Shown piece by piece: positions 1 through 10,027 of a stretch of 64,000 bases of DNA. The notes beneath the pieces were generated by a model. That model was given only the letters and a program-made list of their open reading frames with translations. It made no database searches and was not told where the DNA came from. Positions within the stretch are counted from its first letter, which is position 1. Each line of letters opens with the position of its first letter. Source of the DNA: Candidatus Poribacteria bacterium (GTDB taxonomy: Bacteria > Poribacteria > WGA-4E > PCPOR2b); NCBI GenBank assembly GCA_965218095.1, contig OZ244587.1, positions 192,001 through 256,000 on the forward strand. Direction: 5' to 3'. A program made the translations under genes and the position numbers.

Positions 1-1357
1 GTTTCATCAGTTGGGGCGGCTTGGGTGATGGATGGCCCTTGCGAATATGGTGAGCGTAAGATTCGGAGCCACTGGTCGGATAGTGGGTATCCCAAACAGG
101 GGCAAGCGCAACTGCCCACTCCTCCTCAGGCAGATCATTGAGTTTGCCGACGTTGTGCTCCTCACCTTCCAGTTCTACTGAATTGAGGAAGTATGTCCAT
201 TCCCCCCCGCTAAGATTATTGAGTTTATTTCGCGGGTCATAACGCCTTCGAGGTATCGCTTTCGATTTGGACTTTTTGGGAGGCGTCATAACCTTGACAT
301 GGAACAGCAATTCATCGACATCGTTGCTTGATGCGGAATTGTCTCCACGAGAGTTGCTTTTGAACCGTCGATAATCAATGGGAGAATCGAGGTGGGGTTC
401 GCCCCGAAGCGAAAGGATAGACATAATTTCATCTTGAGACAGGATGCCCTCGTTGTTGTAACTCACCAGGATGTACTTCGCGTCTGCTTTTTCGATCAGA
501 TCCTGAAATGCTTCCAGACAGTCCACTTTGGAGCAATACGCCGATTTTTCCGTCTCGTCATAATCACGCAGTCCCGTTTTTCCGTGGATTTGGGGATTAT
601 CATAACGGGCAATTGTTTCCAGCAGGTGATAGTTGGTAATGTATTGGCGGGTGTTGTACGGCGGGTCAATGTACAGCACGTCGCACGCAATTTCCTCAAT
701 CAGGTCGTTGGCGTCCCGGCGGAAGACTTGATGCGGCAGATCCGATGGGATAATCTCCGTCGGCACAAGGATCAGGTCGTTGTAAGTCCGGGGGTCCCAA
801 CCCTTGAGATAAGCCCCGTAGGTTCCTGAGATATTGGCAATCTTCGATGTCGCCTCTAGCAGTGGTAACAGCAGTAGACAAAATTCATTCTCGGTGATGT
901 CACCGTCATCACGCCACTTTTGGATTTGTTGGCGGGTAGCGTCAATCTTCTGACCGTTGAGATCAGACAGATACTGCCGACCATATTCATTATTCCCCGA
1001 TGGACAGTAGGTGCGAAAGATAAATCCTTTTTTACCCGGCAGGCAATTCAACCACGCGATCACCTTGTGGTAAGGTGAAAGACTGGTGAAGAGGCTATCG
1101 CTCGGCACGTCACCAAGCGTCGGGGCAATTCGGGCGAATACAGGTTCTTCGTTGTTTGCGACTAACGCTCGCTGAAATGTGTGAGAGAGTTCGAGGAGAT
1201 CGTTGGAAATAATCTGAAACCCTCGTCGTTTGAAATGTGCGGCGACACTTGCTGTTCCGGCGAAAAGATCGCAAAAAATTCTGTTTTGAATTCCCAGATC
1301 TGCAACGACCTTTTCAATATGAGATAACAGGTTCAATTTACAGCCGATATAACGCAT
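1..1357 (-). CDS. Fused DNA methyltransferase (partial, runs off left edge): D12-class/FokI-NlaIII-like N6-adenine MTase followed by the start of an N4C/N6A-family MTase domain
   Basis: Manual translation from ATG 1357: MRYIGCKLNLL...CDLFAGTASVA (motif I)...LYIDPPYN (motif IV)...LVSYNNEG. It continues without a stop into MTPPKK...NKLNNLSGGEW...KLNDLPEEEW...HPSPKPPQLMK. Absent from the ORF track because there is no stop in the window. Confidence 0.85.
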   Translation of the reverse strand, partial: MRYIGCKLNLLSHIEKVVADLGIQNRIFCDLFAGTASVAAHFKRRGFQIISNDLLELSHTFQRALVANNEEPVFARIAPTLGDVPSDSLFTSLSPYHKVIAWLNCLPGKKGFIFRTYCPSGNNEYGRQYLSDLNGQKIDATRQQIQKWRDDGDITENEFCLLLLPLLEATSKIANISGTYGAYLKGWDPRTYNDLILVPTEIIPSDLPHQVFRRDANDLIEEIACDVLYIDPPYNTRQYITNYHLLETIARYDNPQIHGKTGLRDYDETEKSAYCSKVDCLEAFQDLIEKADAKYILVSYNNEGILSQDEIMSILSLRGEPHLDSPIDYRRFKSNSRGDNSASSNDVDELLFHVKVMTPPKKSKSKAIPRRRYDPRNKLNNLSGGEWTYFLNSVELEGEEHNVGKLNDLPEEEWAVALAPVWDTHYPTSGSESYAHHIRKGHPSPKPPQLMK

Positions 1358-1403
1358 AATTTTCCTGTGTTGAGCAGATTCCCAAGGGTGATGCAACCGC
1401 TGA

Positions 1404-2723
1404 TCACCCTGTGTGTGCAATCTGTTCAAACGCTTGACGCATTAACTGCAATCCCGCTTTCGCTTCCGATTCAGCGATTACCAACGGCGGCGAAATCCGC
1501 AATACATTCCCCGCTAAGTACCCCATCAGGTGCAGCCCCTGTCGATAGCACTGGAAAACGCATTCGTTCGCAATTTTGTTCGCCGATTTGCCAGCGTAGC
1601 TATCGACTTCCAGTCCCCATACTAGTCCTTCGCCACGTACATAAGTTGCAAATTCAAAATCATCCGTGAGTCGATAAAGCCCCTCCTCAATCACCTTGCT
1701 GACCTGACGGCAATTCTCGATGATCGGAAATTTCTCAAACGTATCCAGTGCAGCGAGAATGGCGGCACATGCACGCGGGGCACCGCTGTATGAGTCGTGG
1801 GCTTCGCCACAGTCTAGCGAATCGAGGATTTCGGCTCTGCCTACGACCGCTGTCACCGGTTCACCGTTGCCGAGCCCTTTTCCCAACACGACCAGGTCTG
1901 GATGGAGTTCGTAGGTCTGGAAGGCGTACATATTTCCGGTGCGTCCGTTGCAAGATTGGACTTCGTCGAGAATGAAGGTGACGCCGTTTTGATTGCACCA
2001 GTCGTTAAGCTGGCGGAGGTACGATTCCGGTGGGTGGAAAGACCCTTTTGCGCCGAGATACGGCTCGGTGATCAGCATACAGATCTGATTAGGATACTCA
2101 CGCTTCAGGGCATCCAACTCTGCCGCGACTTTCGGCATTAGCACCTCTGGCGACCACGCGGGGTTACTGGTGTGTCGTTTGTCCATAACCATCGGAAACG
2201 AGAGCCACCGCACATTTGGATTCGCGCTTTTCTCGTCCGTGACATCTCCCGCTAGCCCCTCTTGTCCGTGGAAGCCGGGCCGGGTCGCAAGGATAATATG
2301 CTTATCAGGCTGATAGCGTTGCGCCGCCCACATCGCCTTGATGACGCTAGCAGCACCGGAATCTGCCCATAAGACACGCTGCATCTTTTCAATACCCAAA
2401 TTGGCAATGAGCCTCTGGGCGGCCCGTACTTCCAATTCAGTCAGGGCGTTATAGGCAGTTCGTGGGAGATCTTCGATATGGTGTCGGTATTGGTCTTCAA
2501 AGTACGGGTGGTTGTGCCCAAGATTAGCGACCAAAACGCCTGAGGTGAAATCGATGAATCGCCCATCCTCCGAATTCCAAAGATAGACGCCCTGCGCCCA
2601 TCGGATGACCAGTTGTGTTGGGGTGTAAGTTTTATGCCCTTTCGCAATTAGTCTGGCTGCTAACCTTCGGTGATCATCGGATCGGAATTCTTCTTCAAGC
2701 TGGATGGGTGAAGGTATTGTCAT
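1404..2723 (-). CDS. Class III PLP-dependent aminotransferase (GabT/ArgD-like)
   Basis: DFTSGVLVANLGHNHP, FILDEVQS..GRTG, PDLVVLGKGLGNG (PLP lysine), LRISPPL. Confidence 0.9.
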   Translation of the reverse strand: MTIPSPIQLEEEFRSDDHRRLAARLIAKGHKTYTPTQLVIRWAQGVYLWNSEDGRFIDFTSGVLVANLGHNHPYFEDQYRHHIEDLPRTAYNALTELEVRAAQRLIANLGIEKMQRVLWADSGAASVIKAMWAAQRYQPDKHIILATRPGFHGQEGLAGDVTDEKSANPNVRWLSFPMVMDKRHTSNPAWSPEVLMPKVAAELDALKREYPNQICMLITEPYLGAKGSFHPPESYLRQLNDWCNQNGVTFILDEVQSCNGRTGNMYAFQTYELHPDLVVLGKGLGNGEPVTAVVGRAEILDSLDCGEAHDSYSGAPRACAAILAALDTFEKFPIIENCRQVSKVIEEGLYRLTDDFEFATYVRGEGLVWGLEVDSYAGKSANKIANECVFQCYRQGLHLMGYLAGNVLRISPPLVIAESEAKAGLQLMRQAFEQIAHTG

Positions 2724-3622
2724 GATTTCCCGCCTTTTTCAAGGTAGCCAGCCAGGATCGAGATCATCTTCAAGAGATCTGGGAAAGCATCCTGATCTTC
2801 GGGAGCAAGATCGGCGAGGTGCGTCTCCCCAACGAATCGGTACATATCCACTGCTCCCGCTAAAATTTTCGGCGTCAAACCGACGTGTGCAAACGTTGAT
2901 GAAATCTCTTCCATCTCACCAATCCAACGTCTGGACTTTGGGGGCATCCCCGGTAGGTTTCGCTCCATGCGGTCATAGAGGGCGGATTGGCTCATCTGAA
3001 ATTCGGCTTTGAGGGCTTCCGAAACACCCATGATTTCCGCGGCGGTCAAGAGTTCCGTGCAAAGCGCAGTCAGTCCCTTTGTCAACGAGGCATAGCACAT
3101 CTTGATCGCCGAACCCAAGCCGATTTCCTCACCAAGCGGACGGACATCAAGCCCAAACTGACTCAATTCTTCAAAAGCATAAACGTGGGGACCTGAAGCA
3201 TAAAAGCGTGTCGCACCTGGATTTCTGGGCGGTGGACCGATAATTGAGGCATCGACAAAACACCCGCCGGCATCAGTGATGATTTCCCCCATCTGATGAG
3301 TAGTCTGTGGGGCAATTGCGTTACAATCGGCGTAGATGAGGTCCGCTTTGGTTTCGATGAGCGTGTCTGCAACTGCTTGGGCAGCGTGCTTGGCTTGCGC
3401 CGGTACCATGATTGATAGAATGATGTCAGCTTCATCCACAAGGGCTTGATACGTCGGCACATCTTCAATCTTCACACTCTCTGCCAGCGATCGGGTGCGC
3501 TCACTTCTTCCCGTCAAACAGGTAATCACGCGCAAGCCGTGCACACCAAGGACACGGCCGACAGTATGTCCCATCTCGCCAGGGCTTAGGATTCCAACGG
3601 TTTTTAACGGCATAATGTCCAT
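2720..3622 (-). CDS. NAD(P)-dependent oxidoreductase, 6-phosphogluconate/3-hydroxyisobutyrate dehydrogenase family (DUF1932-type C-terminus)
   Basis: VGILSPGEMG Rossmann motif, VDASIIGPPP, SAIKMCYASLTKG, RRWIGEMEEI; 4-bp overlap with the aminotransferase. Confidence 0.85.
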   Translation of the reverse strand: MDIMPLKTVGILSPGEMGHTVGRVLGVHGLRVITCLTGRSERTRSLAESVKIEDVPTYQALVDEADIILSIMVPAQAKHAAQAVADTLIETKADLIYADCNAIAPQTTHQMGEIITDAGGCFVDASIIGPPPRNPGATRFYASGPHVYAFEELSQFGLDVRPLGEEIGLGSAIKMCYASLTKGLTALCTELLTAAEIMGVSEALKAEFQMSQSALYDRMERNLPGMPPKSRRWIGEMEEISSTFAHVGLTPKILAGAVDMYRFVGETHLADLAPEDQDAFPDLLKMISILAGYLEKGGKS

Positions 3623-3957
3623 CTCCTTTTCAGTCTGCGGTCATTTTGATTGGTGTTTGCTGTGCAGATGTTTCTACTTTCTGAGCTAGGTACTCCTCAA
3701 TTTCTCGTTTGATTTTTTCGATCATAAAGCCGGTGCTATCTTCGCACATTTGACGGATGTCGGGATTCGTGATCATTTTAATGCCTGTTAAGGCACGCTA
3801 AAGCTGTACAACCGCTTCACGAGAAACTTGAAGCTGGTGGTCGTTCTCAATTTTACTCTTAACTCATGGTAATTCACCCCTGAGTAGCGGATCTCGCAGA
3901 TTTCCATTCATTGCAAAGGAGTCCATACAAATACATATCGAAGCGTCTGTCATCACG

Positions 3958-4451
3958 CTAGAGGTATTCCCGGTATTTCCCCTTATGCTGAAAACCCAAC
4001 TTTTCATACAGCACAATGACGCGTTCGTTGTAGCTGAATACTGTGAGTTGTACGCGGTGCAGGTTGAGCTCATCAAAGGCGAATCGGAGGACGAGTTGCA
4101 TCGCCTCGTATCCATAGCCCTTTCCCCAATGGCAATGCTGACCCCGCTCACTTGATGCGTCCACAGAATGCCGTCGAGTTCAATGTAGCCAATCAATTCA
4201 TCCCCATCAAGCAGACGAATGGCAAACAGAAAAGCATCAGTCGCTTTGTGGGTATCTTCCAGCCACTGCGCTAATGCAGACTCGGTCTTGGGATAAGCGG
4301 GGAGTGCGTCAAATAGGCGCAGGAATTCGGCATCCTGATACCAGCGGGCGATGGTCGGGAAGTCGTCTGGCGTTAACGCCGTCAGGCGCACTTTGGTTCC
4401 ACACAAGAGATTTGAGGGCGTCACGCTTGCATTCCCCGGCGGATTAGGCAT
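3958..4451 (-). pseudogene. RimL/RimJ-type GNAT acetyltransferase, frameshifted
   Basis: N-half (VRLTALTPDD...IGYIELDGI...SIAIG) and C-half (WGKGYGYEAM...FAFDELNLHRVQLTVFSYN...YEKLGF) lie in different frames; break near 4125. Confidence 0.8.
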
Positions 4452-4454
4452 GTA

Positions 4455-4910
4455 TCACGGTGTCGATTCCGTCTCCTCTGACGGGTCATCGGATGGCGGC
4501 GGCAATGTCGAGGGGTCTGCTTCCGACAAATCCTCCGTCTCGTCGGCATCCTCTGGCGCAACGGTCTCCTCCGATAGCTGGTTTTCCGTTTTGTGGTCAA
4601 CGCTATTCAGCATCGCCATGAGCCCTTCGAGGCGATCTCGGATTTCCGCTTTCTCCTCATCTATCTCGTGGCGTTCCTGCACGCGCTCTTCCTGAAGCAC
4701 CTTCAACTCAGATTCAAAATGCCGTAATTCAGCATTCTGTTTTTCGAGTTCTTGAACCCTTGCGTCTCGCTGCTTCAGTTCAGCGTGCAGCTCATTGGTC
4801 CGAGATTCCAGCGCTCCCTTTTCTTCTCTCAGACGGTGGATGGTGTCAATTGCGCGTTCAACGCGCTCCTCCAACAAAGCAAGTACATTTTCTCGTAAAT
4901 CTTCGAGCAT
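4455..4910 (-). CDS. ZapB-like coiled-coil cell-division protein with acidic tail
   Basis: LEERVERAIDTIHRLREEK...IRDRLEGLMAML heptads; GGAGG RBS before ATG 4910. Confidence 0.6.
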   Translation of the reverse strand: MLEDLRENVLALLEERVERAIDTIHRLREEKGALESRTNELHAELKQRDARVQELEKQNAELRHFESELKVLQEERVQERHEIDEEKAEIRDRLEGLMAMLNSVDHKTENQLSEETVAPEDADETEDLSEADPSTLPPPSDDPSEETESTP

Positions 4911-5060
4911 GTCAACCTCCTGTTTGTTGTTCGTGTGATGTAAAAATGTCGGGAACGAGACCCCCCGGCTCAAGCGGTAAGTCGGGATTGACTGCGTTGT
5001 ACGTTTCCGTCAGGTTCTTCGCAGGTCGGAAAGGCTTTTGTTTTGCCATTGGTCATCACT

Positions 5061-5100
5061 CCGTGAAACGTAAATGAACCCCGTGAAACGTAAATGAACC
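5061..5100. repeat. Perfect 20-bp tandem duplication
   Basis: CCGTGAAACGTAAATGAACC x2. Confidence 0.9.
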
Positions 5101-5139
5101 CCTGAACTAATGAACTCCTGAACTCATTTTCTGATTCAG

Positions 5140-6033
5140 CTAGCAGCACACTCTACGCCTCATTTCTTCTAGTCCGATGGTTCGAGCGTGATGAAAAAGG
5201 TACTGTTGCGCGTAGCCGAGATATTCACCGAAATAGCTTTGGGCGAACTCACGGATTTCGCGGATTGAGGCTTTGCGTTTCAAGTAGATCTGCTCCATAA
5301 TCCGCTTCATCCACACATCAATGGGGAGGGCTTCAATATGCCCTAACGAAAACAGGCAGATGCAGTCGGCGACCTTCTCACCGATTCCCTTGAATCGCAT
5401 GAGTTCTCGTTTCGTATCGGCATAAGGCATATTTTTCACGGTCTCAAGATTGAATTCGCCTTCAACGATTGCTGATGAAACCGCCCACAGATATGGGGCG
5501 CGGTAGCCCATTCGACAATCAAACAGCGCATCAACACCGGCTTCGGTGAGGGCTTGCGGTGTCGGGAACGAATAATCGACCTGATCATCAAGAGCGACTG
5601 TTTCACCAAATCGTGCGGAGATTGTGCGGATAATCCCCTTAATCCGAGGCACGTTGTTGTTCTGAGACAAGATGAACGACGCGAGACACTCCCACAGATC
5701 CTGGTTCAGGATGCGCATTCCCCAGTAGGTTTTGATGGCGCGATGGATGTACGGGTCGATGTCTACAGCGTTTAGAATCGCCGGCAGGTCACGGTTGAGA
5801 TCCAGATAGTAGCAGAGAAGGGCTTCAAGCTGGCCCATACCCTCGTTAGTGGAGCTCTCGACGATTAGAGACTTATCTTCCTGACGTATCTTCAGAAGCC
5901 TGCCATCAACGACGCCGTAATACCAACCGTTGATTGGCTGCCAGCGGAATGATTGCCCGCACTCCAGCGTGTGCGTCAGATTAAAATCTGCGGCCGGTTT
6001 GATTCGGATAGCACTGCTCCTCAGTGGTTCATT
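5140..6033 (-). CDS. 8-oxoguanine DNA glycosylase (Ogg1-like, HhH-GPD); start codon uncertain
   Basis: Frame extends upstream of the listed ORF through FNLTHTLECGQSFRW; WECLASFILSQNNN; KGIGEKVADCICLF; PIDVW; GYAQQYLF. The nearest ATG (6037) is 1 nt out of frame. Confidence 0.85.
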   Translation of the reverse strand, partial: NEPLRSSAIRIKPAADFNLTHTLECGQSFRWQPINGWYYGVVDGRLLKIRQEDKSLIVESSTNEGMGQLEALLCYYLDLNRDLPAILNAVDIDPYIHRAIKTYWGMRILNQDLWECLASFILSQNNNVPRIKGIIRTISARFGETVALDDQVDYSFPTPQALTEAGVDALFDCRMGYRAPYLWAVSSAIVEGEFNLETVKNMPYADTKRELMRFKGIGEKVADCICLFSLGHIEALPIDVWMKRIMEQIYLKRKASIREIREFAQSYFGEYLGYAQQYLFHHARTIGLEEMRRRVCC

Positions 6034-6871
6034 TCATAAGCCTGTATAGGGTCTTATCCTTGCGAAGGTTTCAAACCTTCACAAGGTTAGGATGCTCAAA
6101 CCCTACATGAATTTAAGAAATCGACTACCTAGTGCGATCTTTGAATTCTTGTGATCTCAGCTATCAAGGTTATTATACAATTGTGGCTATTATACAACGA
6201 ATTCATAAATGATACAAGTGTTTTGATGATACGCCGCACTCGCTCTGATTAACAAATGCTCTCTGACCTTTCACCACATCTTCCCCAAGGGAGGAAAACC
6301 GTCTGTGCGTTTAGAGATCACACTCTCCGGGAGGGGGCACCTGCATGAGAAACCGGATCGGAAGGCGAAGATCGCGCTCGAATAACAAATCCGCGCCGTT
6401 CAGAGCGAATCTAACTCGATTAGGAGTTACGCAGTTGAACATACGAAGCATCATAAACGCGCAATGAATTGCGCGACTACGAACCAGGTGCGACCTCTAA
6501 TCAATCTTAACGGAAAAACTCGTAGATTCACATTCTATTACCTTTGGTGCTAGTTGGTGATGATGTAGTCTCCACAAGGGTTGTAGAATTTATATATATT
6601 TGACCTCGCAAAGAATGGATTGTTGCTATGACTGGACCTTTGGTTTCAACCGGTTCATTATCTGATGATTTCGCCGATTGTGGAGGGGAAATCCATGAAA
6701 ATTCGCGACGATTCACGGATAAAATTTCTGCTTGTTTAGCGGAATGTGTGATGTCAGGATATACTACAAGATATTGTGTGATTAAATTCGAGAACACACA
6801 AAAAAATTTACGCAAAAAAGCGTATATTGCAAAAAAAAACGACAAAATCCGCGTCAGCACTGCATTTTTTC

Positions 6872-6900
6872 TTGACATACTAATATATGTATAGTACAAT
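6872..6900 (+). promoter_or_regulatory. Sigma70-type promoter of the HU gene
   Basis: TTGACA-17 bp-TACAAT about 60 bp upstream of AGGAGG + ATG. Confidence 0.75.
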
Positions 6901-6959
6901 TATTTTGAGTTTCAGTCATAATGCGGCTTTTAGGCATTTTCAATGATTAGGAGGATAAT

Positions 6960-7241
6960 ATGGCCAAGCTTACGAAGCAAGATGTTGTTGGCAACATCGC
7001 CGACACCACAGGGTTAAGTAAAAAAGATGCAAATGCGGCCCTTGATGCTGTTCTTTCGTGTATCCGGGATGCATTGGCCGGAGGGGATTCCGTTGGGCTC
7101 ATCGGTTTTGGCACTTATGAGGTCAAGACAAGAGCTGCCCGTGAAGGTCGAAATCCCCAAACGGGTGATCCAATCAGCATTCCAGAAAAGAATGTTCCCA
7201 CCTTTAAACCTGGAAAACAGCTAAGAGAAGCCGTTGGTTAA
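6960..7241 (+). CDS. hup: DNA-binding protein HU
   Basis: LIGFGTYEVKTRAAREGRNPQTG...PTFKPGKQLREAV. Confidence 0.95.
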   Translation: MAKLTKQDVVGNIADTTGLSKKDANAALDAVLSCIRDALAGGDSVGLIGFGTYEVKTRAAREGRNPQTGDPISIPEKNVPTFKPGKQLREAVG

Positions 7242-7661
7242 TCCATGATGGTAGCGATCAGCATGGCCGTCTTGAGGCATGTTGGTCACTACCCATCCCC
7301 GCCATTCCCCCATTATACTTCCATCCAATCTCTCATTTCAAGCCAAACCCTTCGAAAATTAGAAATTAGATACCCTCATCAAGTGTGCCGAAGTGTGCAC
7401 AACCGCAACCGGTAGAAGTGGGCACCTGCTTTCCTGATGCAAACCCAACCCGGAACAGTGTATCTGTCAGAAATTCAAGGACGTGAGAGTTATGATCATC
7501 AATCTCAACATTGATTTCGATGGATGATGAAGGTTAAAAGCGGAATAACAGCTTGACACCACCTTATGAAATGCGCTACACTTAATAGATAAATGCAAGA
7601 TGCCTTGATTCCCAGATCTGGGCGCAAACAGAAGTCCATCAACAACGTTCAAGTGGACTGA

Positions 7662-7790
7662 TGGTCTGTCAAGTCGAAATTGATGGATAGAACCATTTGA
7701 TTGACAAGTGGTTTTCACCCCTCGCTCCCGCTTAACAAGGGGGAATTACGGGGGGTTGAAAATGACCACCAGATTAAAGTTGACAGACCA
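7662..7790. mobile_element. MITE (129 bp) containing a REP-like hairpin
   Basis: Perfect 11-bp terminal IR TGGTCTGTCAA / TTGACAGACCA; internal CCCC..CTTAACAAGGGGG..GGGGG element. Confidence 0.55.
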
Positions 7791-7850
7791 CGAATAATTC
7801 TAACGAAAATCAAAGAAAAGCAACCCCGGATTCTACCAATTCAGACATTT

Positions 7851-8888
7851 ATGGAGAATAGACGTTTGCATAACCACAATCCTGTTGATGTGTTGGATAC
7901 AGATTTAGAAGCGGCCGAATTTCTGAAAAATGCGCGAGAATTGATTTTGAATGAACTCCAGAAGCGGATCGTCGGCCAACAAGAAGTCATTGATGAATTG
8001 TTGACTGCGCTCTTTTCTCAAGGACATTGTTTACTGGTCGGCGTGCCCGGTCTGGCAAAGACCCTTCTTATCAATAGTCTGGCTCAGATTTTAGACCTTG
8101 AATTTAATCGCATTCAATTTACGCCAGATCTCATGCCCTCTGACATCATCGGCACCGACATCATTCAGGACGATGTGGAAACAGGCAGGCGATTCCTTCG
8201 CTTTATCAAGGGACCTGTTTTTGCCAACATTGTCCTCGCAGACGAGATTAATCGCACACCACCCAAGACCCAGGCGGCGTTGCTGCAAGCGATGCAGGAG
8301 TACAAAGTCTCCGCAGGCGGCACGACTTATGAATTGGATCTCCCTTTTTTTGTTCTAGCTACGCAGAATCCGATCGAGCAGGAGGGAACATATCCCCTCC
8401 CTGAGGCGCAGCTAGATCGCTTTATGTTCAATATCTACATCGACTATCCCGATCCTTCTGCTGAAAAGCAGATAGTCATGACAACCACTTCTGCATACGA
8501 ACCACAGTTAGCGCACGCTATTACAGGTGAAGAAATTCTGCGTTTGCAAAAGATTGTCCGGAAGGTTCCCATCGCGGAATCCATCGTTGATTATGCTGTT
8601 GGATTAAGTCATCGTTCTCGCCCAAACACGCCAGACGCGCCGGAGTTCATCAAGGATTGGGTCAACTGGGGCGCGGGTCCCAGAGCTTCCCAATACCTCG
8701 TCTTAGGAGCGAAAGCGCGGGCGATTATGCACGGTCGCTATCATGTTTCTTATGACGACATACAGGCGGTTGCGAAACCGGTGCTGCGACACCGCATTCT
8801 GACGAACTTCAATGCTGAAGCCGATGGAATTTCTAGCCTTGATATTATCGATCGGTTACTGGAGCTCATTGAGCCTTCAGAGTCTTAG
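7851..8888 (+). CDS. moxR: MoxR-family AAA+ ATPase
   Basis: GVPGLAKT (Walker A), RIQFTPDLMPSD, LADEINRTPPKTQAALL, ATQNPIEQEGTYPLPEAQLDRF. Confidence 0.95.
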   Translation: MENRRLHNHNPVDVLDTDLEAAEFLKNARELILNELQKRIVGQQEVIDELLTALFSQGHCLLVGVPGLAKTLLINSLAQILDLEFNRIQFTPDLMPSDIIGTDIIQDDVETGRRFLRFIKGPVFANIVLADEINRTPPKTQAALLQAMQEYKVSAGGTTYELDLPFFVLATQNPIEQEGTYPLPEAQLDRFMFNIYIDYPDPSAEKQIVMTTTSAYEPQLAHAITGEEILRLQKIVRKVPIAESIVDYAVGLSHRSRPNTPDAPEFIKDWVNWGAGPRASQYLVLGAKARAIMHGRYHVSYDDIQAVAKPVLRHRILTNFNAEADGISSLDIIDRLLELIEPSES

Positions 8889-9042
8889 AAGATTAACAAA
8901 TGAGCAAATCAGCAAATCAATCAAGTCATTGAGTTTCCTCCCCACTTCACTCATTCCCACTTCACTCATTTTCATGTATTTAGGGTGAAAATGTTCATAG
9001 AAGCTACACCACACATTAAACCATATATTGGAGGCAACTAAC

Positions 9043-9828
9043 ATGCGACGTAACAAGCTACGAGAGTTGTTGAACGCTGGCCAACCGACCATTGGCACCC
9101 ATATCCACACCACTTGGCCCTCCATTGTTGAGGCCCTCGGACATACCGGTATATATGATTACGTTGAGTTTGTGGCAGAGTATGGTCCCTTTGATCTGCA
9201 TGACCTCGACAACCTGTGTCGGGCGGCTGAGTTACACGACATGTCCAGCATGATTAAAGTTGACCAAGAACCCCGGGGCTTCATCGCCCAGCGTGCGATT
9301 GGGTCCGGTTTCCAGAGTGTTTTGTTCGCCGATTCTCGGTCGGTCGAAGATGTGCATGAGTGTGTGCGCATTGTCCGCGCCGATACGCCCGAGGATGGCG
9401 GTACGCATGGTGTTGCGACGCGCCGTTTCACATATATGGGCTACGGTAACGCACCTGACTACGTTCAGGCGCTCAGGGATGTCGTTGTGGTGATTATGAT
9501 TGAGAAGAAGGGGACTGTTGAGCAGTTGGAGGAAGTTCTGTCGGTTGAGGGGGTCGATATGATTCAGTGGGGCCCGGGCGACTATTCGATGAATATCGGC
9601 CGGATCGGTGAAAAGGACTCGCCGGAGATCAAAGCCGCTGAACGCAAAGTGTTTGAAACCGCGCTGAACATGGGCGTACCCCCACGAGCTGAGATTGGTA
9701 GCGTCGATCAGGCGAGATACTACCTCGACATGGGCGTGCGGCATTTCTGCATCGGAACGGATATTTCGATTCTTCACAGTTGGTGGCAGACACATGGCGA
9801 TGCGCTACGGAAGGCAATTGAGGAATAG
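9043..9828 (+). CDS. HpcH/HpaI-family aldolase
   Basis: DYVEFVAEYG, VIMIEKKG, VDMIQWGPGDYSM, FCIGTD; GGAGG RBS. Confidence 0.85.
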   Translation: MRRNKLRELLNAGQPTIGTHIHTTWPSIVEALGHTGIYDYVEFVAEYGPFDLHDLDNLCRAAELHDMSSMIKVDQEPRGFIAQRAIGSGFQSVLFADSRSVEDVHECVRIVRADTPEDGGTHGVATRRFTYMGYGNAPDYVQALRDVVVVIMIEKKGTVEQLEEVLSVEGVDMIQWGPGDYSMNIGRIGEKDSPEIKAAERKVFETALNMGVPPRAEIGSVDQARYYLDMGVRHFCIGTDISILHSWWQTHGDALRKAIEE

Positions 9829-10027
9829 ATGGGCAGCGACATCTTAGCACGAATTTTTCAGTTAGTAATTGTAGAACGTGCAGTGCTCGTCCGAGAATCG
9901 GACATGGTATACTTCACCCATAAGTGAAAAATCCGTATCTTGCGCACGGTACAAGGTCACCCAGCACTGCCAATGACTTTATCATTCGGAGACAAAGGAG
10001 GCGTGGCTTTTCCGCCACGAAGATTTT

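Noticed and set aside
392-881. Short ORFs listed in the track (392-829, 496-699, 696-881)
   Set aside because: Shadows of the minus-strand methyltransferase.
5061-5130. CRISPR array
   Set aside because: Only two adjacent 20-bp copies with no spacers, and no cas genes.
6528-6899. ORFs upstream of HU
   Set aside because: AT-rich promoter region with no recognisable motifs; they overlap the HU promoter.
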